A stretch of DNA of 64,000 nucleotides from Candidatus Pacearchaeota archaeon CG_4_10_14_0_2_um_filter_35_33 (GCA_002792635.1 PFOR01000012.1:24475-88474); one strand, 5' to 3'. Counted from the stretch's first letter, positions 1 through 9,172 are shown. Translations and numbers: made by a program. Notes: generated by a model not told the origin, from the letters alone.

Positions 1-328
1 CAAGGTAGAATGCCTCCCCTGGGCGAGGATTGATATTTTTCTCCCTGAATACAGATAAAGGGATTGTTTTTACTAATTCTCTTTTTCTGGGTCCAAATCC
101 TTCTTTGTATGGGACATTAACTTTGTATTCCTGGCCTATTTCCTTGTCTTCCAATACTTTATCTAATCCAGGTATTACCATTTGCTCTCCTATAACCACA
201 ATTGTCTTTTGAGGTTCTGCTTTGGGATCCAGAGCTTTTAAATCTTCAGGGATGTTTGAATCGAATATCCGGTCTTGGGTTTTTCCTGTATAAAGGAGTT
301 CTACGAAGTCGCCTTTTTTTGTTTTCAT
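1..328 (-). CDS. FKBP-type peptidyl-prolyl cis-trans isomerase (partial; start codon at 326-328, 3' end beyond window)
   Basis: Minus-strand translation MKTKKGDFVELLYTGKTQDRIFDSN...GLDKVLEDKEIGQEY... shows FKBP-domain signatures. Not in the ORF track because there is no stop inside the window. Confidence 0.65.
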   Translation of the reverse strand, partial: MKTKKGDFVELLYTGKTQDRIFDSNIPEDLKALDPKAEPQKTIVVIGEQMVIPGLDKVLEDKEIGQEYKVNVPYKEGFGPRKRELVKTIPLSVFREKNINPRPGEAFYL

Positions 329-329
329 T

Positions 330-692
330 TTAAAACCCTAAGTAAAATTCATTTAATTGAGAATCAATCTGGTCTATCTGGGTTGGTGTTGCAAAGTATA
401 TAGATACATACCCCTGGGAGCGAATTCCCCCAGAGTAATTTTCTTCATTTTTTTTAGAAATTAGAGAATTTTTGGAAAAGTATGCGTTAGCCATGGTAAA
501 ATTGGTTTCGGTTTTCCAAACATATAGGCTGTGAATTATCCTTGTGTCTTTTGTCCTAGAATCAAGTTCTTGTATTTTATTGAATCCTATGGTGCTCATT
601 CTTCTATCGACCTCTTCTACTAATCTATTTATATCTCCAACTCCACCCATAGTTCCTAAATATCTTTCTGATACATCTGGCTTAGTTTCCAT
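330..692 (-). CDS. hypothetical protein
   Basis: 120-aa ORF with protein-like composition. No recognisable motif. Confidence 0.3.
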   Translation of the reverse strand: METKPDVSERYLGTMGGVGDINRLVEEVDRRMSTIGFNKIQELDSRTKDTRIIHSLYVWKTETNFTMANAYFSKNSLISKKNEENYSGGIRSQGYVSIYFATPTQIDQIDSQLNEFYLGF

Positions 693-742
693 AATTGTTT
701 TTGATTAGGAAGTTTTATAAAGATTTTCAATTTTTACGGAAT

Positions 743-1132
743 ATGGTGTTAAAACTAATCGATGCGACTCAAGCCAAATCTGGAACTAGTATTTTAATTG
801 ATGGGGATGCCTACACTGTTCGAAGCAATGATATTAGCAAGACAGGAAAGCACGGACACGCCAAATGTAGGATTGAGGCTGTTGGAATTATTAATGGCAA
901 GAAAAAGGTTATGGCTGTCCCGGGACATGAAAGATTTGAAGTTCCGATGATTGAGAAAAGGAAAGGACAGATATTGAGTGTTTCTGGAGATAAGGCAAGT
1001 GTCATGGATCTTGAAAGCTATGAGACTATAGACCTTGCATATGAAGAAGAATTGAAGGGAAAATTGGCAGCAGAAAAGCAAGTAGAGTATTGGGATGTTG
1101 AAGGTGAGAAGATAATTAAGCGAGTTCTATAA
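743..1132 (+). CDS. eif5a: translation initiation factor 5A (aIF5A)
   Basis: Hypusine-loop motif SKTGKHGHAK plus typical aIF5A length and C-terminal OB region. Start taken at the internal ATG (MVLKLID...). Confidence 0.85.
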   Translation: MVLKLIDATQAKSGTSILIDGDAYTVRSNDISKTGKHGHAKCRIEAVGIINGKKKVMAVPGHERFEVPMIEKRKGQILSVSGDKASVMDLESYETIDLAYEEELKGKLAAEKQVEYWDVEGEKIIKRVL

Positions 1133-1166
1133 ATACATTTAAAAATGCATTTTTGTACAAATAGAG

Positions 1167-1337
1167 ATGGCAACTAAGATACCAACCGCACAAAATAGGA
1201 TGTTTAAGAACGTGTTTGTGTGTAAGAATTGTGGACAAAAAATTAGAACTGATTCAGTCAGAGTCATAGCTCAAAAAGTCAAATGTAGGCGATGTGACAA
1301 AAAAGTTTTCAGACCTAAGAAAACAAAGAAAAAATAA
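1167..1337 (+). CDS. rpl40e: 50S ribosomal protein L40e (small C4 zinc-ribbon r-protein)
   Basis: 56-aa basic protein MATKIPTAQNRMFKNVFVCKNCGQKIRTDSVRVIAQKVKCRRCDKKVFRPKKTKKK with CxxC...CxxC, typical of L40e. Too short for the ORF track. Confidence 0.5.
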   Translation: MATKIPTAQNRMFKNVFVCKNCGQKIRTDSVRVIAQKVKCRRCDKKVFRPKKTKKK

Positions 1338-1353
1338 ATAAAGTGAAAAAGAG

Positions 1354-2772
1354 ATGGTAAGTTTTATTGTATATGATTTAGGATTCATGATACTATTTGG
1401 TATTGTGGTTTTCTTTTTACTTCATAAATACAGGCAAAACTTGAAAAGACAGGGATGGATTTTTTTATACCATAGCAAATTTGGATTAAAGTTCATTGAC
1501 TGGACTGCTAAAAAGTTTGAAAAAATTTTGAAGCCTTTACAATATCTTGTCATCACATCTGGATATATCCTAATGGCTATAATTATCTGGATGATTGGTT
1601 TGTCCGCATGGAAGTATATAACTTCTGAAATTCCTGAGCAATTGCAGAACGTTCCTCCTGTAGCTCCGTTGATTCCTTACTTTCCAAAACTATTTGGCTT
1701 GGAATCATTTTTCCCTCCATTGTATTTCACATACTTTTTAGTTGCCCTTGCGATTGTTGCAGTATCTCATGAATTTGCACATGGAATTTTCGCAAGATTA
1801 AACAAGATAAAAGTTAAGACAACCGGATTAGCATTCTTTGGACCGTTCTTTGGTGCTTTTGTTGAGCCTGATGAAAAACAGATGTATAGACAAAAAAAGT
1901 TTCCACAACTTTCTATTTTAGCTGCAGGAACGTTTGCTAATGTTGTTATGACTATTTTGTTTCTGGGAATAATGGCACTATTCTTTTCGTTAAGTTTCCA
2001 ACCGGCTGGAGTTTACTTCAATGCTTATCCACAATCAGTTGTTAATGTGGGCCAAATTGATTCTATTAATGGTAATTTCATAGACGATTTTGAAGATGTT
2101 GAAGAATATTTAGTTGAGGAAGATTTCAATGTGATTGCCGTTGGGGAAAATATGTTTTTAGTTCCAGATAATGTTTTAATACAGGCTGATGAATTAGGGG
2201 TAGAACAGATAATTGCATTTGATGATGCGCCTGCTGTTAGAGCCAAATTAACAGGACCTATCTTAGAAATAGACAATGTTAAAGTAACAAGCCAACCGGA
2301 GCTTTCAAATACATTATTAAGTCATGAGCCTGGTGATACAATTTTGATAAAGACATTGGATGAAAATGAAGGAATTGATATTCAAGAAATAACTCTTGGA
2401 GAAAGAGATGGGAAAGCATATTTAGGAATTGGGTTTATTCTTCCGGAACAAAAAGGATTTATGGGTTTTGTTAATAGGGTGATTCAGAGTATTAAGAACC
2501 CATTAACCTATTACGAGCCCTCATGGGATGGAGATTTCGTGCAGTTCTTGTATGATTTGTTGTGGTGGATAGTTGTGATTAACATTCTTGTTGCATTATT
2601 CAATATGCTTCCTGTTTCAATTTTGGATGGTGGTAGATTCTTCTATCTGACAATATGGGGAATTACAGGAAAAGAATCATGGGGAAAGAAAGCGTATAAA
2701 TGGGCGACATGGTTGATATTGCTTCTTTTGGTATTGATGATGATTAGATGGGTTTTTGTTTTTGCTAGTTAA
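1354..2772 (+). CDS. site-2 protease family (M50) membrane metalloprotease with PDZ-like insert
   Basis: HEFAHG zinc-binding HExxH inside a TM segment, and the downstream NMLPVSILDGGRF (LDG) motif characteristic of S2P/RseP proteases. Multiple TM helices. Confidence 0.8.
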   Translation: MVSFIVYDLGFMILFGIVVFFLLHKYRQNLKRQGWIFLYHSKFGLKFIDWTAKKFEKILKPLQYLVITSGYILMAIIIWMIGLSAWKYITSEIPEQLQNVPPVAPLIPYFPKLFGLESFFPPLYFTYFLVALAIVAVSHEFAHGIFARLNKIKVKTTGLAFFGPFFGAFVEPDEKQMYRQKKFPQLSILAAGTFANVVMTILFLGIMALFFSLSFQPAGVYFNAYPQSVVNVGQIDSINGNFIDDFEDVEEYLVEEDFNVIAVGENMFLVPDNVLIQADELGVEQIIAFDDAPAVRAKLTGPILEIDNVKVTSQPELSNTLLSHEPGDTILIKTLDENEGIDIQEITLGERDGKAYLGIGFILPEQKGFMGFVNRVIQSIKNPLTYYEPSWDGDFVQFLYDLLWWIVVINILVALFNMLPVSILDGGRFFYLTIWGITGKESWGKKAYKWATWLILLLLVLMMIRWVFVFAS

Positions 2773-3082
2773 CCTTTTAAGACTTCTTCGATTCTGTTTG
2801 CAAAAATTTGTACATATTGTCTGCTTGGGGGCCACGGTCAAATAGAAATCTTACATTTGTATCAAACTTGGCGGCTAAAAGCATCATTCCATGCTTTTCC
2901 CATTTGTATATTTCTCATCAAATTCTCCGTTTATTTCTCTTGTAACATTTACTGGATTATCATATTCTCTTAGAATTTTTACAATGGTTGCACAAGGTCT
3001 GACATATAGTCCTTTTTTTCACTACAGTTGACCTTATCTCATAAAATTCAGGATGTTTTATCATCTCAACTATTTAGATGTA

Positions 3083-3436
3083 TTAGTTAATGAATTCAAC
3101 GCCGTTCTTGGTGAAAACAACAAACCTTATTCCTACTGGCAACATTAACAAGGATGATATTAAAGCCATGTGTTCTTTTCCGTTTCCTGAAGCGATAGAT
3201 AATGCAACTTCCAGCCCGGAAAGTTTTTCCTTAACCTTCTTTGAGATTTCTTCTCTTAGTTCAATTAGTTTTTTTGAGGAATCCACTTGAATTACCTCTC
3301 CGTTTTCCGGTTTGGGAAAATCCTTGGAATCTTTTGTTTTTACTAATACAATTTTTTCCCATTCGCCTCTGCTTATTAATCCAGTTATCTGGCCGTATGT
3401 TTCTGCATCGGAGCCGAGAAATGCTACTAGTTCCAT
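3083..3436 (-). CDS. hypothetical protein
   Basis: 117-aa ORF, balanced composition. No recognised family. Confidence 0.3.
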   Translation of the reverse strand: MELVAFLGSDAETYGQITGLISRGEWEKIVLVKTKDSKDFPKPENGEVIQVDSSKKLIELREEISKKVKEKLSGLEVALSIASGNGKEHMALISSLLMLPVGIRFVVFTKNGVEFIN

Positions 3437-3559
3437 TTTTAGGTTTGGAAGATTAGGTTTATAATCATTTAGATAATATATTATTAGAATATGTGTGGAT
3501 TAGATAAAGAAGTAGTTTAGGATAATAAGAGATAATTTTATAATCACTAGCATCCATAT

Positions 3560-4006
3560 TTGGGCATGGTGAAAGATTTACCGTTAAATGAGATAACATT
3601 AAGGAAGTACGAAAGGCCGTATGATTCTGGGAAAAGAGAGCTGATAAAAAAGGTTTGTCTTAGTCTTGGTTTGTTACAGCCGGGAGATAGCAGAGATGTT
3701 GTTGTTGATATATTGATGGCCTTGGATTCTGCGAGAGTTGAAAGGAAAGAGCTTACATCATTTGAGATGATTGATAGGGTTAAGGCAATTAGAAATGAAC
3801 ATTCCTTGGAAGAAAAGGGATTAGCAGAGAGTAACATTAGAAGACAATTAAAGAGACTCAGAGATTTAATGATTGTTGACAAGAAGGCTAATTTGTATCG
3901 CTTATCAGAGTTCGAACCTCTTTCAGAAATCTTCGAGAGGAGGATTGAAGGATTCCTGATTCCTCAGACAGTTGAAAGGATTAAGGAGTATTTGGAGAAG
4001 TTGTAG
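3560..4006 (+). CDS. hypothetical protein (possible winged-helix domain)
   Basis: 148-aa ORF ending directly at the start of the next ORF. No clear motif. Confidence 0.35.
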   Translation: MGMVKDLPLNEITLRKYERPYDSGKRELIKKVCLSLGLLQPGDSRDVVVDILMALDSARVERKELTSFEMIDRVKAIRNEHSLEEKGLAESNIRRQLKRLRDLMIVDKKANLYRLSEFEPLSEIFERRIEGFLIPQTVERIKEYLEKL

Positions 4007-4320
4007 ATGAAACCATATAGGAAAAACTGCGAAGGTTATTTTATGAGGGATAGGAAAGTTTTAGCTAAAGAAAGAGGAAAGTATGTCGAATTTCCGGGTG
4101 ATGGAGTTGAGGAAGATATAGGGGATGGTTTAATTAGAGAGACTTTAGAAGAAACTGGGTATAAGGTGGGTAATTTAAAGAAGCTAGGAGTTTTGCATTT
4201 TTAACTGGAGCGGTAGTTAGATAGTAACTGAAAAGCAGAAGGGAAGAGCCAAGAAATATAGGGGAGAGGAGATGCATTTCTTTACCGGAGATGTTGGGGA
4301 ATCCGGAATTGGAGCATAGG
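4007..4320 (+). pseudogene. Nudix hydrolase, truncated. An intact Nudix box is followed by a premature stop at 4204 and frame-shifted C-terminal remnants.
   Basis: FPGDGVEEDIGDGLIRETLEETGY fits the Nudix box GX5EX7REUXEEXGU, but the ORF stops after 65 aa. Protein-like remnants (…EEMHFFTGDVGESGIG…) continue in another frame downstream. Confidence 0.45.
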
Positions 4321-4565
4321 CTAAATATGAAATTAGCTTGTAGACCCATACCTATTGACTTCTGATGAAGATGTTATGGTTGTAGAAAATGCAGGTGACA
4401 TCACTGTGACAAGAATCCATGGCGAAGACTTTAGATGCCCAGTCTTGCCTTAAATGTGTTAATTTTTTTCTTTTGTCTTTTGTTTTTTGAGAAAGGTTTA
4501 AATACCGTCTATTTCTGGCTCAGATAGGTTTGAGTTGAAGATTAGCATACTTTTTCTTTAATCGA

Positions 4566-4751
4566 TTGAATATGGCATTTAACAGAAGATTTCGGAGCCC
4601 TTCGAGGGTTAGTAAGATTCAATGTTCTTGCAAAGGAGAAGCAAAACTTTCTTCTAGAAAGAACTATCCTTATGGGAAAAATTCAAGCAGTGTGACTACA
4701 TGGTTTTATAAATGTAAATCATGTAAGAAAGTTACCTTTTTAGATAATTAA
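4566..4751 (+). CDS. hypothetical small Cys-rich (zinc-ribbon-like) protein
   Basis: 61 aa with CSC...CKSCKK cysteine pairs. Basic. Confidence 0.25.
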   Translation: MNMAFNRRFRSPSRVSKIQCSCKGEAKLSSRKNYPYGKNSSSVTTWFYKCKSCKKVTFLDN

Positions 4752-4765
4752 AAAGGAGGTATAAA

Positions 4766-5044
4766 ATGAAACAACAAAGAGATAATAAGAAAGGATTTTC
4801 TGGTAATCGGGGCGGTTCTAGGGGCGGAAGGCCTGGTTATAACAAGAACAGGGGCGGATTTGGTGGAGGAAGTAGAAGCGGATTTGGTGGAGGAAGTAGA
4901 AGCGGATTTGGTGGAGGCAGAAGGGAGCAGAGAGAAATGCATAAAGCAATATGTTCTCAATGCAAGAAGGAATGTGAGGTTCCGTTCAAACCAACGCAGG
5001 GCAAACCCGTTTACTGTAGAGAATGTTTTCAGAACAGGAATTAA
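4766..5044 (+). CDS. glycine/arginine-rich (RGG/GFGGGSRS repeat) protein with C-terminal CxxC...CxxC zinc ribbon (zf-trcl-like: F-P-x-PVYC-x-C-F)
   Basis: N-terminal RGG/GGF repeats are encoded by ~2.9 copies of a perfect 24-bp tandem repeat (approx. 4855-4925). C-terminus CSQCKKECEVPFKPTQGKPVYCRECF. Confidence 0.55.
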   Translation: MKQQRDNKKGFSGNRGGSRGGRPGYNKNRGGFGGGSRSGFGGGSRSGFGGGRREQREMHKAICSQCKKECEVPFKPTQGKPVYCRECFQNRN

Positions 5045-5409
5045 GAGGGTTTAAATTAACTGCCTAGTTAATTGCAGTATGAAGAACTCTTTGATATTTG
5101 CTATCCTTGGCGTGTTGTTTATTTTAATTTCAGTAATCTTATTTATTTATATTAATTGAAACAATTTCCAGTCCGAATTGCGTTCCTCATTGTGATTATC
5201 TAAAACACTCTGGCACTTTTAGTCCTTCTTTTGTCTGTGAGATGATTTGTCAATTGAATCCAGATGGTGAAGATTATGTTATCCATAGTCCTGTTTATGT
5301 TCTTTTTGTTTGGCTTGGAATTATTAATATTGTGATTGCAATCATGTTGTTTATTTTTGAAACAAGAAAAGTAAAATCAGAATTATAAAGGTCTTATTGA
5401 AAAAATAAC

Positions 5410-5625
5410 CTAAGAAAAATTATTAAAATTATGAATGCAACCAATGTGACCCCTATTGCTATATATCCAGCCTTTTTTCCTTTTGCTGATTACAGCGATT
5501 AGCACACTAAGAAGAAATGAAGTTAGGCTTTCGGATAATCCAGGAATTAAGTCAGGAAGATAAAAGGGCGAGAAGAAAGCCAGAACTATAATGGCTAATC
5601 CAATGTAGTATAGGTATTTTTTCAT
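5410..5625 (-). CDS. hypothetical small membrane protein
   Basis: 71 aa with two hydrophobic helices. Confidence 0.25.
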   Translation of the reverse strand: MKKYLYYIGLAIIVLAFFSPFYLPDLIPGLSESLTSFLLSVLIAVISKRKKGWIYSNRGHIGCIHNFNNFS

Positions 5626-5673
5626 GAACTTGTTAGATTAAGTTGATATTTAATTTTTTTAGAGGGAGAAAGA

Positions 5674-6173
5674 TTAAACAGCGAGTCTAATTTCTAGTTC
5701 AAATTCTCCGAAGTTTGGAGGTCTGGCAAAATATTCATCTAAGCTTTCAGTGGATATTCTGTAATCATCTTCTTTTCCTAGCCCCCTCATAGTTGCTCCA
5801 CAGAAAGATGCCTGTCCTGGAACGATGTCTGCAAGTCTTTTTTCTTCTCTCGGAACAAAGAGGCCATTTCTAAAGATGGGGGGTCTGTTTCTGGATTTGC
5901 TCTCCAGTTATCTTTTACTCCACTATAACCTATAAAGTCAACTGTTTTCAGCCCTTTTGACATTCCCATATCAGTATTGAGCCACATCGCGGCTAAGAGA
6001 TATTCGAATTAGTTGTCTTTGAAGCTGTGCCCCATAAATAAAGATAAATAGTTAAAGGCTGTTTGAACATTTCTATCATAACCTTCTTGAAAACCATTTC
6101 TAAATACATAAGCTCTGACTGGTGTGCCAAATTCTTCAGGCACATTTATTCTTGCTATGAATGTTGATTCCAT
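5674..6173 (-). pseudogene. disrupted gene of unknown function (in-frame stop plus a frameshift at a C6/G6 homopolymer)
   Basis: Minus-strand reading MESTFIARINVPEEFGTPVRAYVFRNGFQEGYDRNVQTAFNYLSLFMGHSFKDN* FEYLLAAMWLNTDMGMSKGLKTVDFIGYSGVKDNWRANPETDPP | IFRNGLFVPREEKRLADIVPGQASFCGATMRGLGKEDDYRISTESLDEYFARPPNFGEFELEIRLAV. All three frames are stopped near 5990-6010, and the frame changes at the G6 run at 5878-5883. Confidence 0.35.
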
Positions 6174-6257
6174 TGCCATGTAAAATCCAGAGACGGCGAA
6201 TTTTTAAGGTTGATAGTTTCTCGGAACATTTAAATAAATAATTCCCTCTCTTAAGGA

Positions 6258-6551
6258 ATGGTATCAGAGGTGATGGCACAGTTAGTGATTCCCGGTGTTC
6301 TTGGGGGTCTGGGCGGATTAACGAGAGGAATCGTGGGTTTATTGAAAGCTTTATCATTAAGGAGAAAAATTTTATGGTTTTATTATGTGGTTACTGTAAT
6401 TGTTGCTATGATTATTGGGGTTTTTGTTGGGTTGATATTTAATTTTGATTGGCGTCTTTCATTGTTGGCTGGTTATGCTGGGACGGATATTATAGAAGGC
6501 ATTTACAAGTCATTTAAAGTTCAGAAGGTGTATGTGAAGAGGGGACGATGA
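6258..6551 (+). CDS. hypothetical membrane protein
   Basis: 97 aa with GxxxG-rich TM helices. Confidence 0.3.
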   Translation: MVSEVMAQLVIPGVLGGLGGLTRGIVGLLKALSLRRKILWFYYVVTVIVAMIIGVFVGLIFNFDWRLSLLAGYAGTDIIEGIYKSFKVQKVYVKRGR

Positions 6552-6706
6552 AAGAAGTGAAGAAAATGGAAAATAAAAAATCGGGGAAAAAAGCGTTGGA
6601 CTTTTAAGGGTGTATTAAGAGCAATAGCCGTTGCAGTTGTTGCCGTTATCGTAATTCTTTTCATAATTAATCTTCCGGTAGGTATGGCTATGCCAGAGTA
6701 TTAATA

Positions 6707-6922
6707 ATGAGAATTTCAATTTATGTGGATGAAAAGATGATGAGGGCTTTGAAGAAAAGAGCTAAAGATAATTTGCTTTCTGTAAGAGAGATGGTTGAGG
6801 ATATTGTTAGGAAAAGCATGGTTAGTTATATGAAAAGATGGAGGCGGAGAAGAATAAAAGTGGATGATATATTGGTGCAAGCTTTTTCTAGGGATGGGCG
6901 GGGGAAGAAAAGGAAGAGATAG
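6707..6922 (+). CDS. ribbon-helix-helix (CopG/Arc-like) DNA-binding protein
   Basis: N-terminal MRISIYVDEKMMRALKKRAKDNLLSVREMVEDIVRKS matches the RHH beta-strand plus two-helix pattern. Basic tail. Confidence 0.4.
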   Translation: MRISIYVDEKMMRALKKRAKDNLLSVREMVEDIVRKSMVSYMKRWRRRRIKVDDILVQAFSRDGRGKKRKR

Positions 6923-7034
6923 TGAGTTCTGATGAGGAAGATTTAAATACCCTCTATCTAAGTATTAATTATCGCTAACTACATCTTCCAGCGATACTAT
7001 CTAGGCGTTGGAAGCATTATGTAGGAGATACAAG

Positions 7035-7658
7035 ATGGAAAAACTGAAACTGGATAAAGCACTTGAGGAATTGCGGAAAAGCAAGGAAAGGAAGTTTGAT
7101 CAGACAATTGATTTAATTGTGAATCTTAGAGGTGTTGATATTAGAAAGACAAACGTTAGTCTTGTAATAGATGTTCCACATAAAGTTAGGGATAAGAAGG
7201 TTTGTGGGTTTTTAATGGGCAAGAATGATTTGGTTAAGACGATTACTAAGCCGGAGTTTAAGAAATATGCCGATAAAGCAGCTTTAAGACATTTAGTTGA
7301 GGAATATGATTTTTTCATTGCGCATGCTAGTTTAATGCCTGCTGTTGCTACAACATTTGGTAAGGCGTTGGGACCTGCTGGGAAAATGCCTTCGCCTCAG
7401 CTAGGAATTATTACCAAAGAAGATGCTGATGCAATTAAACCATTATTGGAGAAGATATCTAAGAGCGTTAAGATAAGAGCGAAGGAAGCGAGTTTGAAGA
7501 TTCCTGTTGGGAAAGCGAGTATGAAAGATGAAGATATTATTGATAATATTAAAGTTATTTACAAAGCGATTGAGAATGCTCTGCCTACAAAGAAAGAGAA
7601 TGTGAAGAATGTTCTTGTGAAAATGACAATGAGTAAACCTGTGGGGGTAGAACTATGA
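7035..7658 (+). CDS. rpl1: 50S ribosomal protein L1
   Basis: L1 family sequence (…FDQTIDLIVNLRGVDIRK…). Sits upstream of L10/L12 as in the archaeal L1-L10-L12 cluster. Confidence 0.9.
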   Translation: MEKLKLDKALEELRKSKERKFDQTIDLIVNLRGVDIRKTNVSLVIDVPHKVRDKKVCGFLMGKNDLVKTITKPEFKKYADKAALRHLVEEYDFFIAHASLMPAVATTFGKALGPAGKMPSPQLGIITKEDADAIKPLLEKISKSVKIRAKEASLKIPVGKASMKDEDIIDNIKVIYKAIENALPTKKENVKNVLVKMTMSKPVGVEL

Positions 7659-8578
7659 GCAAGGAGAAATATGTTAGAGTTAAGAAGATTCCTGAAGAGA
7701 AAACCCAGTTAGTCAGTGAGCTAGCGGAGAAGATGAAAGGGAAGAAAACTGTTTTGATTGCCAGTATGAAGGGATTGCCTGCAAGCCATTTTAATCAGAT
7801 TAAGAAGAATTTTAGAGGGAAGGCGGATGTTAAGATGGCTAAGAAGAGCATTGTTTTTAGGGCGATTGATAAGACCGAGAAAGGTGCTTTGCATGATTTG
7901 AAGAAAATTATTGGAGCTGATTTTGTTTTATTCTTTTCGGATTTGGATGCATTTGAATTATCTGGAATGTTATCAGATAGCCAGAGTCCTGCTAGGGCAA
8001 AAGCAGGAGATATTGCTCCGTATGACTTGGAAATCGAAGCTGGTATGACTGACTTATTGCCAGGACCTGCAATTTCTGAACTTGGAAGTGTTGGATTAAA
8101 AGTTAAAGTTACTGATGGAAAACTGGAAATCATTAAAGGAGCCATTATTGTTAAGGAAGGCGAGGTTATTAATGAAAATGTTGCAGGTGTTTTAGGAAAG
8201 TTAGACATTGAGCCTATGAAAGTTGGTTTCTTACCTGTGGCCGCATATGATGCTGAATCTGATCAGGTTTACATGGATGTTAAGATTGACAAAGCGGGAG
8301 TCCTAGAAGAGTTGAAGAGTTTGATAAAAAAGGCATTAGGGTTTGCTGTTAACCAGGATTATGTTTGTGCTGAAACAATTGGATACTTTATTTCAAAGGC
8401 TGGAAGAGAAGAGAAGGCATTGGAGAAATTAGTGGGCCAGGATAAAGAGGAAGTTAAAGAAGAAGCTAATAATGAGGTTAATAGTGGGGAGAAGCCTGCG
8501 GAGGAAGTTAAAGAGGAAGTTAAAGAAGAAACTGAAAGTAATGCTGATAAACAGGAGGAGAAAGATGGGGAGAACTGA
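7655..8578 (+). CDS. rpl10: 50S ribosomal protein L10 (acidic ribosomal protein P0)
   Basis: P0 N-terminal domain with an acidic/EEVKEE C-terminal tail. Start overlaps the L1 stop (ATGA). Confidence 0.9.
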   Translation: MSKEKYVRVKKIPEEKTQLVSELAEKMKGKKTVLIASMKGLPASHFNQIKKNFRGKADVKMAKKSIVFRAIDKTEKGALHDLKKIIGADFVLFFSDLDAFELSGMLSDSQSPARAKAGDIAPYDLEIEAGMTDLLPGPAISELGSVGLKVKVTDGKLEIIKGAIIVKEGEVINENVAGVLGKLDIEPMKVGFLPVAAYDAESDQVYMDVKIDKAGVLEELKSLIKKALGFAVNQDYVCAETIGYFISKAGREEKALEKLVGQDKEEVKEEANNEVNSGEKPAEEVKEEVKEETESNADKQEEKDGEN

Positions 8579-8816
8579 AAATTTAGCTAGGAATAATAGA
8601 GTATATAAAATAGTTTATGGACATCATGGTGATTTATTAATGGTCAGGGACTCATTTGCTCAAGCTATGCAGGGCAAGATGCCTGCAGAGATGTTTGAAT
8701 TGACAATGGGCCAGATTGGAGCAGACATTTTGGTTGTTAGGAATGGCTTGAATAATATTGCCACCATGGGAAGAGATATTGCTATGTATGATACAGATGA
8801 AAGGGGGAACGAGTAA
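8565..8816 (+). CDS. hypothetical 84-aa protein inserted between P0 and P1
   Basis: Internal ATG of ORF 8472-8816. Protein-like composition (MGRTENLARNNRVYKIVYGHHGDLLMVRDSFAQAMQGK…). Fills the P0-P1 intergenic gap exactly and ends 1 nt before the L12 ATG. Confidence 0.3.
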   Translation: MGRTENLARNNRVYKIVYGHHGDLLMVRDSFAQAMQGKMPAEMFELTMGQIGADILVVRNGLNNIATMGRDIAMYDTDERGNE

Positions 8817-9115
8817 TGGAATATATATACGGAGCTTTGCTTTTGCACAAACTTGGTCAGCCGGTGAATGAAGATAATTTGAAGAAAGTTATTTCTGCGA
8901 CTGGAGCTGAAGTTGACGACACAAAGATAAAGACGCTGATTGCTTCATTGCAGGGGGTTGATATTGCTGCTGAGTTAGAGAATGCAAGCATGGCTGTTGC
9001 TGCACCTACAACTTCTGGAGGCGGAGCTGAAGAAGCAAAAGCAGAAGAGAAGAAAGACGAAGAAGAAAAGAAGCCGGAAGAAGCGGCTGCTGGACTAGCT
9101 TCACTGTTTGGTTAA
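8816..9115 (+). CDS. rpl12: 50S ribosomal protein L12 (P1 stalk protein)
   Basis: Archaeal L12/P1 pattern: N-terminal dimerisation helix, Ala/Gly/Glu-rich hinge, conserved C-terminal …GLASLFG. Confidence 0.85.
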   Translation: MEYIYGALLLHKLGQPVNEDNLKKVISATGAEVDDTKIKTLIASLQGVDIAAELENASMAVAAPTTSGGGAEEAKAEEKKDEEEKKPEEAAAGLASLFG

Positions 9116-9172
9116 ATTTTTATTTTAGTGGAGTTAGTAGTATTGTTCTATTTAGAAATAATAGGGAATAAG

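Noticed and set aside
4855-4925. Direct repeats considered as a possible CRISPR array
   Set aside because: There are only ~3 units with no spacers, and the repeats lie inside a coding Gly-rich region. No CRISPR array was found anywhere in the window.
8472-8564. Upstream extension of the P0-P1 spacer ORF (MRLIVGRSLRRKLKRK…)
   Set aside because: The extension overlaps the L10 C-terminal coding region in another frame and is poly-basic low-complexity. The internal ATG at 8565 was used instead.
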